Shown piece by piece: positions 26,697-38,013 of a DNA stretch of 64,000 bases. The DNA lies in assembly GCF_000002075.1 (NCBI RefSeq), contig NW_004797676.1, positions 505,853 through 569,852 of the forward strand, in the 5' to 3' direction. A program made the position numbers and the translations under genes. The notes under the pieces are model-generated. The model searched no databases. It saw only the letters and a list, made by a program, of their open reading frames with translations, and was not told where the DNA came from. Every line of letters begins with the position of its first letter. Within the stretch, counting starts at the first letter, position 1. This stretch comes from Aplysia californica (taxonomy: Eukaryota).

Positions 26697-26924
26697 TGAT
26701 CAGCGATGTTTACTACCCAGTTTCTTTGGATTTCCCCCCAAAATGTCTTTTTTGCCTTTGATGGCAAGGATTTTTACTATATATGAGCCTTGTGATGGCA
26801 AATTGTTAACCTCTAGACCACGATCTTGAGAGCCCCCTGAACAAGTTTAGTCTATCAATATAATTATTGTCTTGAATTTTCAAAATACACACACATATGC
26901 TTCTTTTTGTGTTTGGTGAATAAA

Positions 26925-27030
26925 GTCGTGGGTTCGAATCCTGGCCGGGTCAAACCGAAGACTTAACAATTGGTATTTTGGTAGCTTCCTCACTTGACGT
27001 TTGCATTATGAGGTCAGTGCCACGACAGGT
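26925..27030 (+). mobile_element. Meta-domain SINE fragment
   Basis: GGGTTCGAATCC B box followed by GGGTCAAACCGAAGACTTAACAATTGGTATTT..GCTTCC, resembling the recalled MetaSINE core. Confidence 0.5.
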
Positions 27031-29028
27031 CTACAGATCTAGGGGGAGAGTTGTGGCAGTAGGGTGAGTGAAGTCATAGGAAAATAAGATGGATTTATTT
27101 ATCTAGACCAATCACCAATCAGGCATGAATGAAGTTCACACTGTCCAACATTGTTTACTTTTTTTCTTTTCACCATCAGTCTAGTGTTCAGCACACCTTA
27201 GTAATTATTCAGGTTCAAATACATGCAAGTCAGTAAGGCACCTTTTGGTTTTGTCTGAAATACAAATACTTTAGGCATTGCAAACTAAAAATTTCATTTA
27301 CAATTCAGCCATCAATATTAAGTACGGCTAGACTGACAGTCTAGCCGTACTTATCTTAAGCCCTATTAACATTAGAAAACAGGAGGTTTAAAATACATGC
27401 ACTGTCATTAAGGCACCTGGTTTCGTCTCAAATACAAAGACTTTAGGTACTGCACACTAAAAATTTATGTTTACAATTCAGTAGGCCTTTTTTTTATAAA
27501 ATGGTCAGTCTAGCCATCATATTAAGAATAAGTACGGCTAGACTGCCAGTCTAGCGTACGGCTAGCCAACCAGTCTAGCCGTACCTAAGTACAGCTAGCC
27601 TCTTCCTAAGAACAATGTCTACTTGGCACTTCGGCATACGCTTTTATGCTTTCTCCCGATGATCGTGCAAGCCGACATGGACTGTATAGATTTGGATCTC
27701 TAAAAGTACCAGAGATTAGATCTATTATATATATATAGATCTATATTTTTTTATTTTTTTTTCTGACTGATGTATATTATAGAAATCTAGATCTAGATCT
27801 AGATCTAGAAAATCTAGTTTTCTTTCCAAATACGCAACAAATTACTAGATCTGGATCTAGATCTATTCTAGATCTAGATATCTAGGATATACTGATACTG
27901 ATATGTTGTTTCAATTTTTCTGTAGGCCTAGATCTACATAAAACATGAAATTTCTTGTTGAAAAAAAGGGTATTTTTTTACTTTCCCTCCCGTCTCACAC
28001 TCAGCTACCAGTTGTCTACTTTCTACTAAATATTGATGCGCTGAACACGAATATCAACTTCATTTCCATCGCAAATTAATGGTTTTTGAAATATTTGATT
28101 GTTTTTAACCGAGATAGACATGCTTTGGACCAATCGGGGGGTTCCAGGGGGGCCTGCCCCACTGGGGTAAAAGAAAATCTGGGGGTTACAGGGGGGCATG
28201 TTTTTACACCCATAATTTGATATTTTACAGTTAGATTTGAAATTGTCTTGAAAATAATTGATTTGCGACAGTTTTAGTGGCTTTATGTGTGATCTGCAGC
28301 AAACAGTACAGCAGTTTGACCCCTGAAACAGTGCATCTGTGTGCGGGAGTGAAAGTAAAAATTTACCCAAAAAAGTGCAAAACATGTCGCGAATGATGTT
28401 ACGATAACTTGCATAATTTTTACATAATTTTGCTTTTTTTGTGCATAATTTGGCCATCTAAATTTGCATAAATTTGCGGGGACAGGTAATGGTATTGATT
28501 GCAGTTGCCAATGATGGTATCGACAATTACAATTTATCAATTGGATCCTAGAATCTAGATCTAGAATCTAGAATCTAGTCTAGACTGGTCTCTAGATCTA
28601 GATTCTAGATCTAGTTCAATTTGATAGTTAGATCAAGATCTAATCTAGAATCTAGACGAACATGTTACCCCAAGAATTTCAAGTACTGGCGTTGTTTTCA
28701 AAAGTGCAATTGACCATTGACGAACATTCACTCTCATTCAGCTTCCGAGCAGTTAGCGAAGGATCTAAACAGTTCACCAAGGGTCCCAGATATATTAGAT
28801 TTCTATCACCCTTTTAGCCCAGCTTGAAATGGAAAGCGCTAAATGTGACCGTGGAGGTTGAGAGCAGTCTAATCTTCTCATTTCATTGTCAAAAAGTAGA
28901 CAAATAGTTTCTCATTTTAACTCCTTTCTGTTAGCAATACTGTCCTTTTTGAGAAATGTCTCTCATGTTTCATTTTCAGTTTCAAAATCGGCTTTCAGCT
29001 TGGCTTTCTTCTATTTCATACATGTAGT

Positions 29029-29031
<3 letters not shown>

Positions 29032-29080
<49 letters not shown>
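29032..29080. repeat. (AC)n microsatellite
   Basis: Directly visible perfect dinucleotide run. Confidence 0.95.
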
Positions 29081-29081
<1 letters not shown>

Positions 29082-29726
29082 TCATTCATTTTCGACTTCT
29101 TGAAACAATGTAATATTCACCCATTCATTTTTCTTGCTGCCTTACTTCTGAATTACTCATGAAGGCCTCCGTATACTTTTGTTTTCCGCTATGTACTGGT
29201 GTGATGGTCTCTTTTCGAATTCCCCTGATGTCGATAACGATAGTTATCACCTTACTTGATCTCTTGATTCTGGGAATGATCTTCCGTCTTCCTCTTACTC
29301 TTAAATTGTGTTGACAAGTGGGTAATTCCTCCCTGTCCTCTCTCGTGGTGCTTTTTTTCCCGTAAACGTGCGGGAGAACATCAGAGCTGCCCACTTTCGG
29401 GGGAAAAAAGCAACTGTGAAAGCCGCGTAATTTTTTTTACAATACAATATTAGATTACCGTATATCAAAACCAATACATTGTACAGTATCATCCGTTTAG
29501 TAGTAGTTTTAGTAAGAGTTCTACGGCACTTGCAGCACAATAAGGTCATGTAAGTGCAGTATCACCCGCCAATACATGTAGGCCTATAGACTGCAATGCA
29601 TAATATATAATTGATCAATAATCAGATTTTGAATTAAATCAATAACTTGTCAGGTATGAAAACATATCTACCGGACAGGGGCGATTTTTAGATCAGGCAG
29701 CATAATTTTTTTGCTCCTTTAAGATA

Positions 29727-29917
29727 CAGTGGAAACCATATATAACAGGCCCGGTAATAACAGGGATCCGGTAATAACAGGGATTTTTTAAATCCCCGTT
29801 TTGTCCTACTCTTTGTCTCTATTAAAATAAAAGTTATCGGCAATAACAGGGCCTCATCGGAGCCCAACCGGTTATAGCAGGGACCAAGGCTCGTCAACTA
29901 TAATATATGAGTAAAAA

Positions 29918-30006
<89 letters not shown>

Positions 30007-30587
30007 ACGCAGTGATGGAGCCCACGCAAGCCATGCCACTGCAAGCACACGCAGCGTGTGAAGGGAGAGAGGGCTGCGGTGTGCTGCAGACCTCGATCTA
30101 GCCAGAAACCTAGCAACACGCACGCATAATGTGTCACCAACGATATCAAGCGCGAGAGAAAATGCCTTTCAATTGACAAAAATACGAAATAATCCAGGCT
30201 GTTGACAAAAAGCAATCTCCACTGGCAGAGATTTGTCGTCAGTTCGACATTCCACAAGGGTCGATTCACACCATTATCAAGGATAGAGAGAAGATAGTGG
30301 CAGCATACTCCAATGAAAAGTTTGCTCTGGATCAAAAGAAGATGAGACTACCCTATGCAGATGCCCTGGACCAAGCTCTTCTGATGTGGTGTAAGGAGGC
30401 AAGGAGAAAATTGGTGCCAAAACCTCTGTTCGTGGGTACTTGTGGCAAGGGAAACTACCCATAAATAAGTACAGCCGGATTAGTCCACAAATGCTTACTT
30501 TCCTTTGCATTTCTGATTTAACAGGGATCGGATATAACAGGATATTTTGTCTACTACCACCATCCCTGTTATATCAGGTTTCCACTG
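29727..30587 (+). mobile_element. Internally deleted Tigger-like element retaining a CENP-B-type HTH remnant
   Basis: TA|CAGTGGAAACC...GGTTTCCACTG|TA. Bases ~30148-30410 read KRERKCLSID/YEIIQAVDKKQSPLAEICRQFDIPQGSIHTIIKDREKI...LDQALLMW with one frameshift. Confidence 0.85.
29921..30004. repeat. (AG)n microsatellite
   Basis: Directly visible perfect dinucleotide run. Confidence 0.95.
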
Positions 30588-30920
30588 TATAAAGATTGAA
30601 GGTGTGACTGTGAGACGTGTCCATATGTGTGTAGGGCCTACATATTTGCTTGTAACACATTCTCTCTCCCTCTTTCTTGGTACATGTAGTGCCTCTCTTT
30701 TTGGTTTGTTTTTAGTTTCAGCTTAGAAATGGTCTGGAAGTCTCTTAACGTCTCCAGAAAGACGGATATAAATCTACATATTTGGATGGGAACTGTGCCT
30801 AGAGTAATTTTGTCAAGGGGATTGTAGCCGTTGGGTGGAGTCGGCAATCTAATTGTGTCGATTTCATAAAAAGTGCGCTGCTCTGATAGTTTCCCAAACG
30901 TGACGCTGAGCGCCGCTTTC

Positions 30921-30952
<32 letters not shown>

Positions 30953-31026
30953 TGTGTGTGTGCATGTGCGTGTTTTACCCATGTCGTTTTTAATTTGCGA
31001 TTTGTTTAGTCTCCCAGTGTCAATTA

Positions 31027-31057
<31 letters not shown>

Positions 31058-32577
31058 GCGTGTGCGTGTGTGTGTTTTACCCATTTCGTTTTTAAGTACC
31101 ACTTGATGAACCACGGTCTACTGCAATCTAGGCTGTTTTTTAAAATTTTTAGTATAGCTCAAGTCTCGCCTGATTCAATGGCCACGGTAAAGTAAAGACA
31201 GCGCTGGGGGCATTTCGACCAAAAGCGGTGGCGTTACACAACATAATGTAGTATGTAGGTGGGTGGATTGCTTTTTAATTGCTTCATTTTGCTGTGATAT
31301 TTGTTAAAAGAATTTTTCAGGGGAAAAGATTATAAATACATGTAATTATTTTCAAGTAAGCCGAGACAGCAAGCAAGTGACCAGATTTCTCTAGAGTACA
31401 GATTTTAATTTTACGGTCTTCAACATGTACCATGCACATTGACATACACGTACTTTGAATAAATAAAAATTTGAAGAAACTTTGCATCCAACTAACTTTA
31501 CTGGTTTTACTGATTTTTAGAGCTTTTTAGCTTTGAGGTGAGGCACTTTTCTGTCTAACAAAAATATAAGTCCATCCGACAGGCTCTGTCGGTGGACAAC
31601 TTTCTTTTTCGCCTTTCTTCGGGGTTTTCGCCCGTCTGATCGTTTGGTAGAAACAGAAGTGTTCAGACTTCAAGGCAAAAGAGGAAGAACTTGTTGCGCA
31701 GTTAAAAGTATGCGTGAGTTGACACCATAAGCACTTTAAACTGATAATCCTCAAAAGAAGACAGTCTTAATAAACTTAAATTAAAATGTGTCAGGTTGGG
31801 CGCATTGGGAAGGTAGAGACCTATGTCCAAGACAGCCTGCACCCCCTCCCACCCCCCACTTTCAATTTCAAACTCTCACTCAAGTGTAGTCTTGTACTTC
31901 AAGCGAGTGATGTTCCCCTTTGTGTTGGTCATTTACAAAGTGGAAGACCAATCTGAAATGCAAGCGTATTGATGTCCTTGGAGGCTCTGAAGGTGATCTT
32001 TGTTATTATTGCACTGTTCCTTGTCCTAGTACTATGGAATCTTCTACAATTACTACATATGTACTTGAAGTTGGAATGAGTTTCAGTGCCAAGGTTTTCC
32101 TTTTGTTTCTTTTTTGTTTGTTTGTTAGGTAAGGTGACAGGTGTTAAAAAAGGAAAATTAAGTTCTAAAATGTGCCCTGCATTAAAATTTATAGTAGGCT
32201 AATGTAATACATTTACATTCTAATTATTACTGAGAACTCAAAACTTTCCCGGTGAGTGTGAGCGTGGAAAGACATATACAGTCCAGTGATAACAGCCTCT
32301 GTTATTATAGGAACTTGGATTATAACAGTGATAAATCAAATCCCCGTTTTTTTCCCTCTAATAAGTCTAAGTAATATGAACATGGCTAAACTATAACAGG
32401 GTCCTAATTACACAGACTCGGATAGCTTTAACTTGTTTTCGATCCGTCAAATTATTAAAATTTGTCTCAACCAAGACATTTCACCTGTTTGTATGATCGC
32501 TTACCTAACCCCCCCCCCCCCCCGACACAAATGGTGTCGCGGTCCTTGATCGATTGTGTCTCAGTGTCAGCAAAACA

Positions 32578-35500
32578 TCATCATCATCATCATTGCCTTT
32601 CTCACCCTGCACCAGGGTATAGGCCACGGACAAACACCCCCCACTTTTCTCTATCCTGGGCTAGCCTCTTGATGTTATTCCATGTCTTCCCACTTTTCTG
32701 TAAATCGATTTCTGTGATTCTTCTCCAAGTTCCACGAGGTCTTCCTCTTGATCTCTTGCCCTGTGGGTTCCAATCCAAAACTTTCTTTGCTATGCAGCTG
32801 CCTGACTTCCTGAGAGTATGTCCAATCCATCGCCACCGCCTTCTTCCTACCTCATCTCTGACTGGGATCTGTCTTGTTTTCCTTAACACTTCCACATTGG
32901 TGACCCTGTCTGTCCATCTGATCCTCAGTAACTTTCTTAGACACCTGTTCAAGAAAACCTGGATCCTCTTTATACAAGTCTGCGATGCGTTCCATGCCTC
33001 ACATCCATACAACAGGACCGACTTCACGTTTGAATTGAAAATCCTCAGCTTTGTTCGAAGTGAGATCTCTCTGGTCTTCCAAATCCTATCCAAAGATATG
33101 AAAGCAGCCCGTGCTTTTCCAATGCGGGACTTTATTTCAGCACCTGTTCCTCCCTCTCTGTCTATTATGCTCCCAAGATAACAGAAGGATTCAACGTTTT
33201 CTAGGGCCTTTCCTTTTAGTGTGACCTGCTCCTTTCGTTGTGCATCTGTCCTTAGTACCTTTGACTTTCCGGGGTGGATCCTCAATCCAACAGACTCCGA
33301 TAGGTTGTTTAATACTGAAGTCTTTGCTTGTATCTGTTCCTGGGTGTGCGACAGAAGCGCCAAGTCGTCTGCGAAATCCAGATCGTCCAACTGTGTCCAT
33401 GGTGTCCACTGTATACCATTTCTGTGTCCTCTGGTGGTTTCCTTAATCAGCCAGTCGATTGCCAATATGAAGAGGAACGGTGATAGTAAGCATCCCTGTC
33501 TCACTCCAGTCTTGATGTCAAAGCTGTCCGTTAGCTGGCCATCATGTACAACCCTGCAACTTGTCCCTTCGTACATGCTTTTGATGAGGTTCACCAACTT
33601 CTGTGGGATTCCGTGGTGTCTCATTATCTTCCATAGTGTCGCTCGGTCTATACTGTCAAAGGCATTCTCGTAGTCAAGGAAGTTGACAATCAGCTGGGAG
33701 TTCCACTCCAGGGACTGTTCCACAATAATCCTCAGCGTGGCAATCTGGTCGGTGGTTGAGCGATTTTTCCGGAAACCGGCCTGTTCATCCCATAGTCTTG
33801 GATCCGTTCCTGTCTTGATTCTTTCCAGAACGATTCTGTTGAAGACCTTACCTGGTATTGAGAGAAGAGTGATCCCTCTATAGTTGCTGCAGTTGCTGAG
33901 ATCCCCCTTTTTTGGAAGCTTCACGAGGTGCCCTTCTTTCCAATCCTTTGGGAACTTGCTCTCATTCCAGATCCTGGTAAACAGTGGGAGTAGGATGTCT
34001 GCCGTCACATTGGCATTTGCTTTTAGGGCTTCAGGTGGAATCTGGTCAGGACCGGCCGCTTTACCTTTGTTCAGCTTCTTAATGGCATCCAAAATCTCTT
34101 GTTTTGATGGAGCATCACAGCAGATAGGTAACTCATTTCTTGCTGGCAGTATGTTTGGTGGGTTACTCGGTGGTGGTCTGTTCAGGAGACTGTTGAAATG
34201 CTCTACCCATCGCTTAGACTGAGCTTCCTTTCCAAAAATGCTTTTCCCGTCTTGGTCCTTTACAGGTACTTCAGGTTTCCCATATTTTCCAGCAAGTGTC
34301 CTTGTGGTCTGGTAAAGGATTCGCATGTGCCCTCCTATCGCTGCCTCCTCTGCTAGCCTGTTTATGTATTCCTCCTTGTCTTTTCTTATTGATTTCTTGA
34401 CATCTTTAGCTGTTGTCCTGTACTGCTCCACTACATCCGCTTTTGCTCCTCTTGTTCTACTTGCATTCGCTTCTGCCTTCAGTTGTCTTCTTATCCTAAT
34501 TAGATCCAAAGAATGTTGGCTAATCCATTCCTTGTGCTCCCATTTCTTCCCACCGAGTACTTCTTGACATGTTGATGTAAAGACTTCTTTGACCTTGGTC
34601 CAGTGTGTATCCACCTCCGTGTCCTCCCCGTCAAGATCAGCCAGAGGTTGAAATCTGTTTCTCAGCTGCAGTTGAAACTCTTCTTTCTTGTGTCCGTCCA
34701 AGAGACTTACTTGGAACTTGGTTCTTTTGATTCCTGTGCTGGTTCCGTGCTTTTTGAGTCGTAGCTTCAGTTTTGCCAACAGCAGATGATGATCCGATCC
34801 AACATCTGCCCCTCTCTGTACATTGACATCTTCCATTGAACACCTGAACTTACGAGAGATACAAAAATGATCTATCTGGTTCTCCGTCACTCCATCTGGC
34901 GAAACCCATGTGGCCTTGTGGATCCTCGTGTGGGGAAAAACAGAGCCTCCAATAACAAAACTGTTGAAAGCACATATATTTGCGAATCGCTCCCCATTCT
35001 CATTCATTTGTCCCAAGCCATGTTGTCCCATAATTCTTTCATACCCAACGTTGTCCTGACCAATCTTGGCATTGGCATCTCCATTATGATGTTGACATCC
35101 TTCCTTGGTAGTTTGTCGATGACCCCCTGGAGCTGGCTGTAAAAGGCATCCTTGTCTTCATCTGAAGCATCATTTGTTGGGGCGTAGATCTGTACTATAT
35201 TCATGTTGATGTTCTTGCTCCTTGTAGTAAATGAAGCCATGATGATCCTTTCCCCGTGTGGTTCCCATCCTCTAAGTGACTTCTGTGCATACTTACTCAA
35301 AATGATTCCCACTCCCTCCTCATGGTACTTATCTTCCCTCCCTGAATACAATACTTGTTCCCCCGAGCTGAGCTGCTTCTGTCCAGACTGTATCCAGTGT
35401 GTTTCGCTGACTCCTAGTATGTGCAGCCTGTATCTCTTCATCTCTTGTACTACTTGAGAACTCTTTCCTGCTTCATACAAGGTGCGAACATTCCACGACG

Positions 35501-35809
35501 CAATCCGGAGAGACTTGTTCGACAGAGAAGGTTTCGGGTCAGAAGAGTCCTTTCGGCTTTGTCCGCTGTCCTTCATTGTTCCTGCTGATACAGAAGCTCC
35601 TCCATCTCCCAAGATCGAAAAATAAAAAGCTGTGTTTGTCCGTGTTTCTGTAACTTACTGTTTTTTTTACTGGGTTGGGTAGTTGGCCCTCCGCAAACTG
35701 GCACTTTTCGGGCGATCAGACCTATGCACTTTTAGTCGCCTCTTACGACACGCAGTATCACGCAGGTGTATTCTTTGCTCCCCCATAGTAAAACTATGGG
35801 GCCCCCCAC
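32578..35809 (-). mobile_element. Near full-length RTE-clade non-LTR retrotransposon
   Basis: APE endonuclease (IASWNVRTL, LGVSETHW, QIYAPT, NQIDHF, GSDHHLL) and RT (NYRGITLLS, GVRQGCLLSP, DFADD). (ATG)n 3' tail at ~32578-32593. Flanking direct repeat CAGCAAAACA (32568-32577) / CAGCAGAACA (35810-35819). Confidence 0.93.
32602..35576 (-). pseudogene. RTE endonuclease-reverse transcriptase ORF split by one frameshift near 35081
   Basis: ORFs 35004-35612 and 32602-35031 join into ...NIIMGDANAKIGQDNVGYERIMGQHG... if one G is added at ~35081. Likely ATG at 35576 (MKDSGQSR). Confidence 0.85.
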
Positions 35810-38013
35810 CAGCAGAACAGCCCACTGGAAAAGGATCTGCGGTAATCAAATATATATTAAGCTGAAGGTGCAAAGGTACCGGTAGTTTCCCTTGATAACA
35901 TTTGTAAGTTAAAACAGGACTCGCTTGTAACAGGGAAAAACTGTCTGCCCTGTTACATCCGAGTTTGACTATAAAGGCAAAAATGACATTCTCAGAGTCA
36001 GTTATCAAGTTATGTGGAATGGTTCTGAGTAAACAATTGAAAAGCAACAATCTGTGGTACAGTCAGATAGGAACATCATCAAAACAGGAAAGTTGTGAAA
36101 TCAAATAAGTTCCATCAAAATTCTTTTGCCTACAAATATAGTTTTCTTCTCTAGTTAACACTTTGCGACAAGTCCGTTACAGTCGCTCACCTGGCAGGGT
36201 GACCAGATGGGGTATTTTGTACTGCTGGCCGTGGGACTGCAAAGTGTTTAAGTTTAAGTCCTATGACTGTGAGTGTCAAGGGGTAGTGTGCTCAACATTC
36301 AAAACAATGGATTAGGATCCAGTTGGGTGTGGTGCACTTCAATGAAAACAAAGCACATACGATGCATGTACAAAATATAATTTTTAAAAAAATGAACGTA
36401 GAGAAACCATTGTCTTGAGATATAAAATTGTTTTATTTTTGACATTTGTATACATGATAAGTCCACCAGCATCTCCCCATATATTGACAAGCAAAAGAGA
36501 AATATACATGTAATACCAATAGGCCCCTAAAAGCATCAGCAAATGTTAGGATTCCAACCCAAGCAGTTAAAACACAAGAAATTTGCTCCTCTTTTTAAAC
36601 AAAGACAGAGATATTTTAAAACGGAGTTGATAACAATCAGGTTAGGAATGCACTTGGGATGTGACCAACCAGATGTACCACCTGTACTCGGAAGAAGGAT
36701 CATTTTCATACTAATCAACTATGTAAATCCGCACCCATTGGCTATGCGAGCCTCACAGGCTTGTTAAGCACTGCAGGATTTCAGAAAAAGGGTCGTTCAT
36801 TGTTACCCCCTCCTGTACTATTAATATCTTGATTTAACAGAACTAGAGAATAATAATGATGTAATATGCAAGCCTGATGGCCATAACAAAAATGAAAGGA
36901 CAGAAATAAATTCATAACATTTCAACCTGAATCTATTTGATGAGTGAAGAGCGCACAAACTTCCAATCTAAATCAATTATCCTTCCTCAGATCTCATTAA
37001 GAATAGAACTAAGATGTTAGTTCCAACATGGCCCTGAACGATTAGACAAATATTTGACTTGCTGGTACACAACTGAAAACAGATAGAAAAGGATGCTCAG
37101 GAGAGGCTTCCCTGGAGTAATGCTGTTGATGGCCTGTGCTCCACTGGGAGTTAAACAGGGCAAGCGAGAGAGAGAGAGGTAGGTGCACAACTGGCTTTTA
37201 TTAGAAAAAGAGAAAATTGCATTCAACAGCGATACCGTCAGAGGGGCTGGTGAACAGACATTCAAGTATTGTAAGTTGATAACAGGTCAAGGCAACTGGC
37301 AGAAAGGACTTAACAAAAACCCAATTCAAACTGCTGAACAATATTACAGTTTCCAATAAAAGAACATGCAACTGCAATAAGATATCTCTAACATATTGCA
37401 TTTGTATTTATTGTAGTACAGAATTATATGAACATTGGAAAGAGCAAAGAATAAAAAATACCAGAAGGTCCTTGATTCATTATATTTTTTTAAACTTCTA
37501 TCAAAATGACATATTTTGCCACCAGTAACAGAAACTTTTACAATCCCAGAAATGCAGTCACAGAACATACAAGGCAATGAGACCTTTTTCAGAACACCCA
37601 ACAAAGAAAAGATACACCACCTGAATGGTAGACAAAAACTCATTATACTATACTCCGTTCTTTCATGCACTTAAAAATTTAATCACAAACTCACAAGGAA
37701 ATAATGGTAGTTATTTAAAATGTTCCAATAACTGTAATACCATTCCTTGAAGCATGCTGAATGATATAAAAAACTTGAGCAACTTTGAATGGGTAATTAC
37801 ATGTAACCCAGAACCTAGACTATTAGAAAGAGAAGCAACGCTGAATGAACGCGTGTGAGATTTGAACTACAACAGCGAGCAATAAAAACTCACAAGAGAC
37901 TGGTAAAAATAGAGTCCAGACAAAAAATCAGAATCAAGGTTCTAAGCAAACAGGAGCAGTAGAACTTATGGAAGCATTTATAGTTGCAAAGTAATACAAT
38001 TCTTATATAAAGA

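Larger units (their letters stand above)
32279..35971. mobile_element. Tigger/pogo-like MITE interrupted by the RTE insertion
   Basis: Degenerate TA-flanked ends TA|CAGTC..GATAACAG and CTGTTACATCCGAGTTTGACTA|TA. Internal AAATCCCCGTTTT is shared with the 29727 element. Confidence 0.5.

Noticed and set aside
29872-31114. ORFs with SLSLSL / THTHTH / CVCVCV runs
   Set aside because: They are microsatellite translations.
32462-35457. Plus-strand ORFs over the RTE (e.g. 239 aa, 150 aa)
   Set aside because: They are antisense shadows of the RT ORF.
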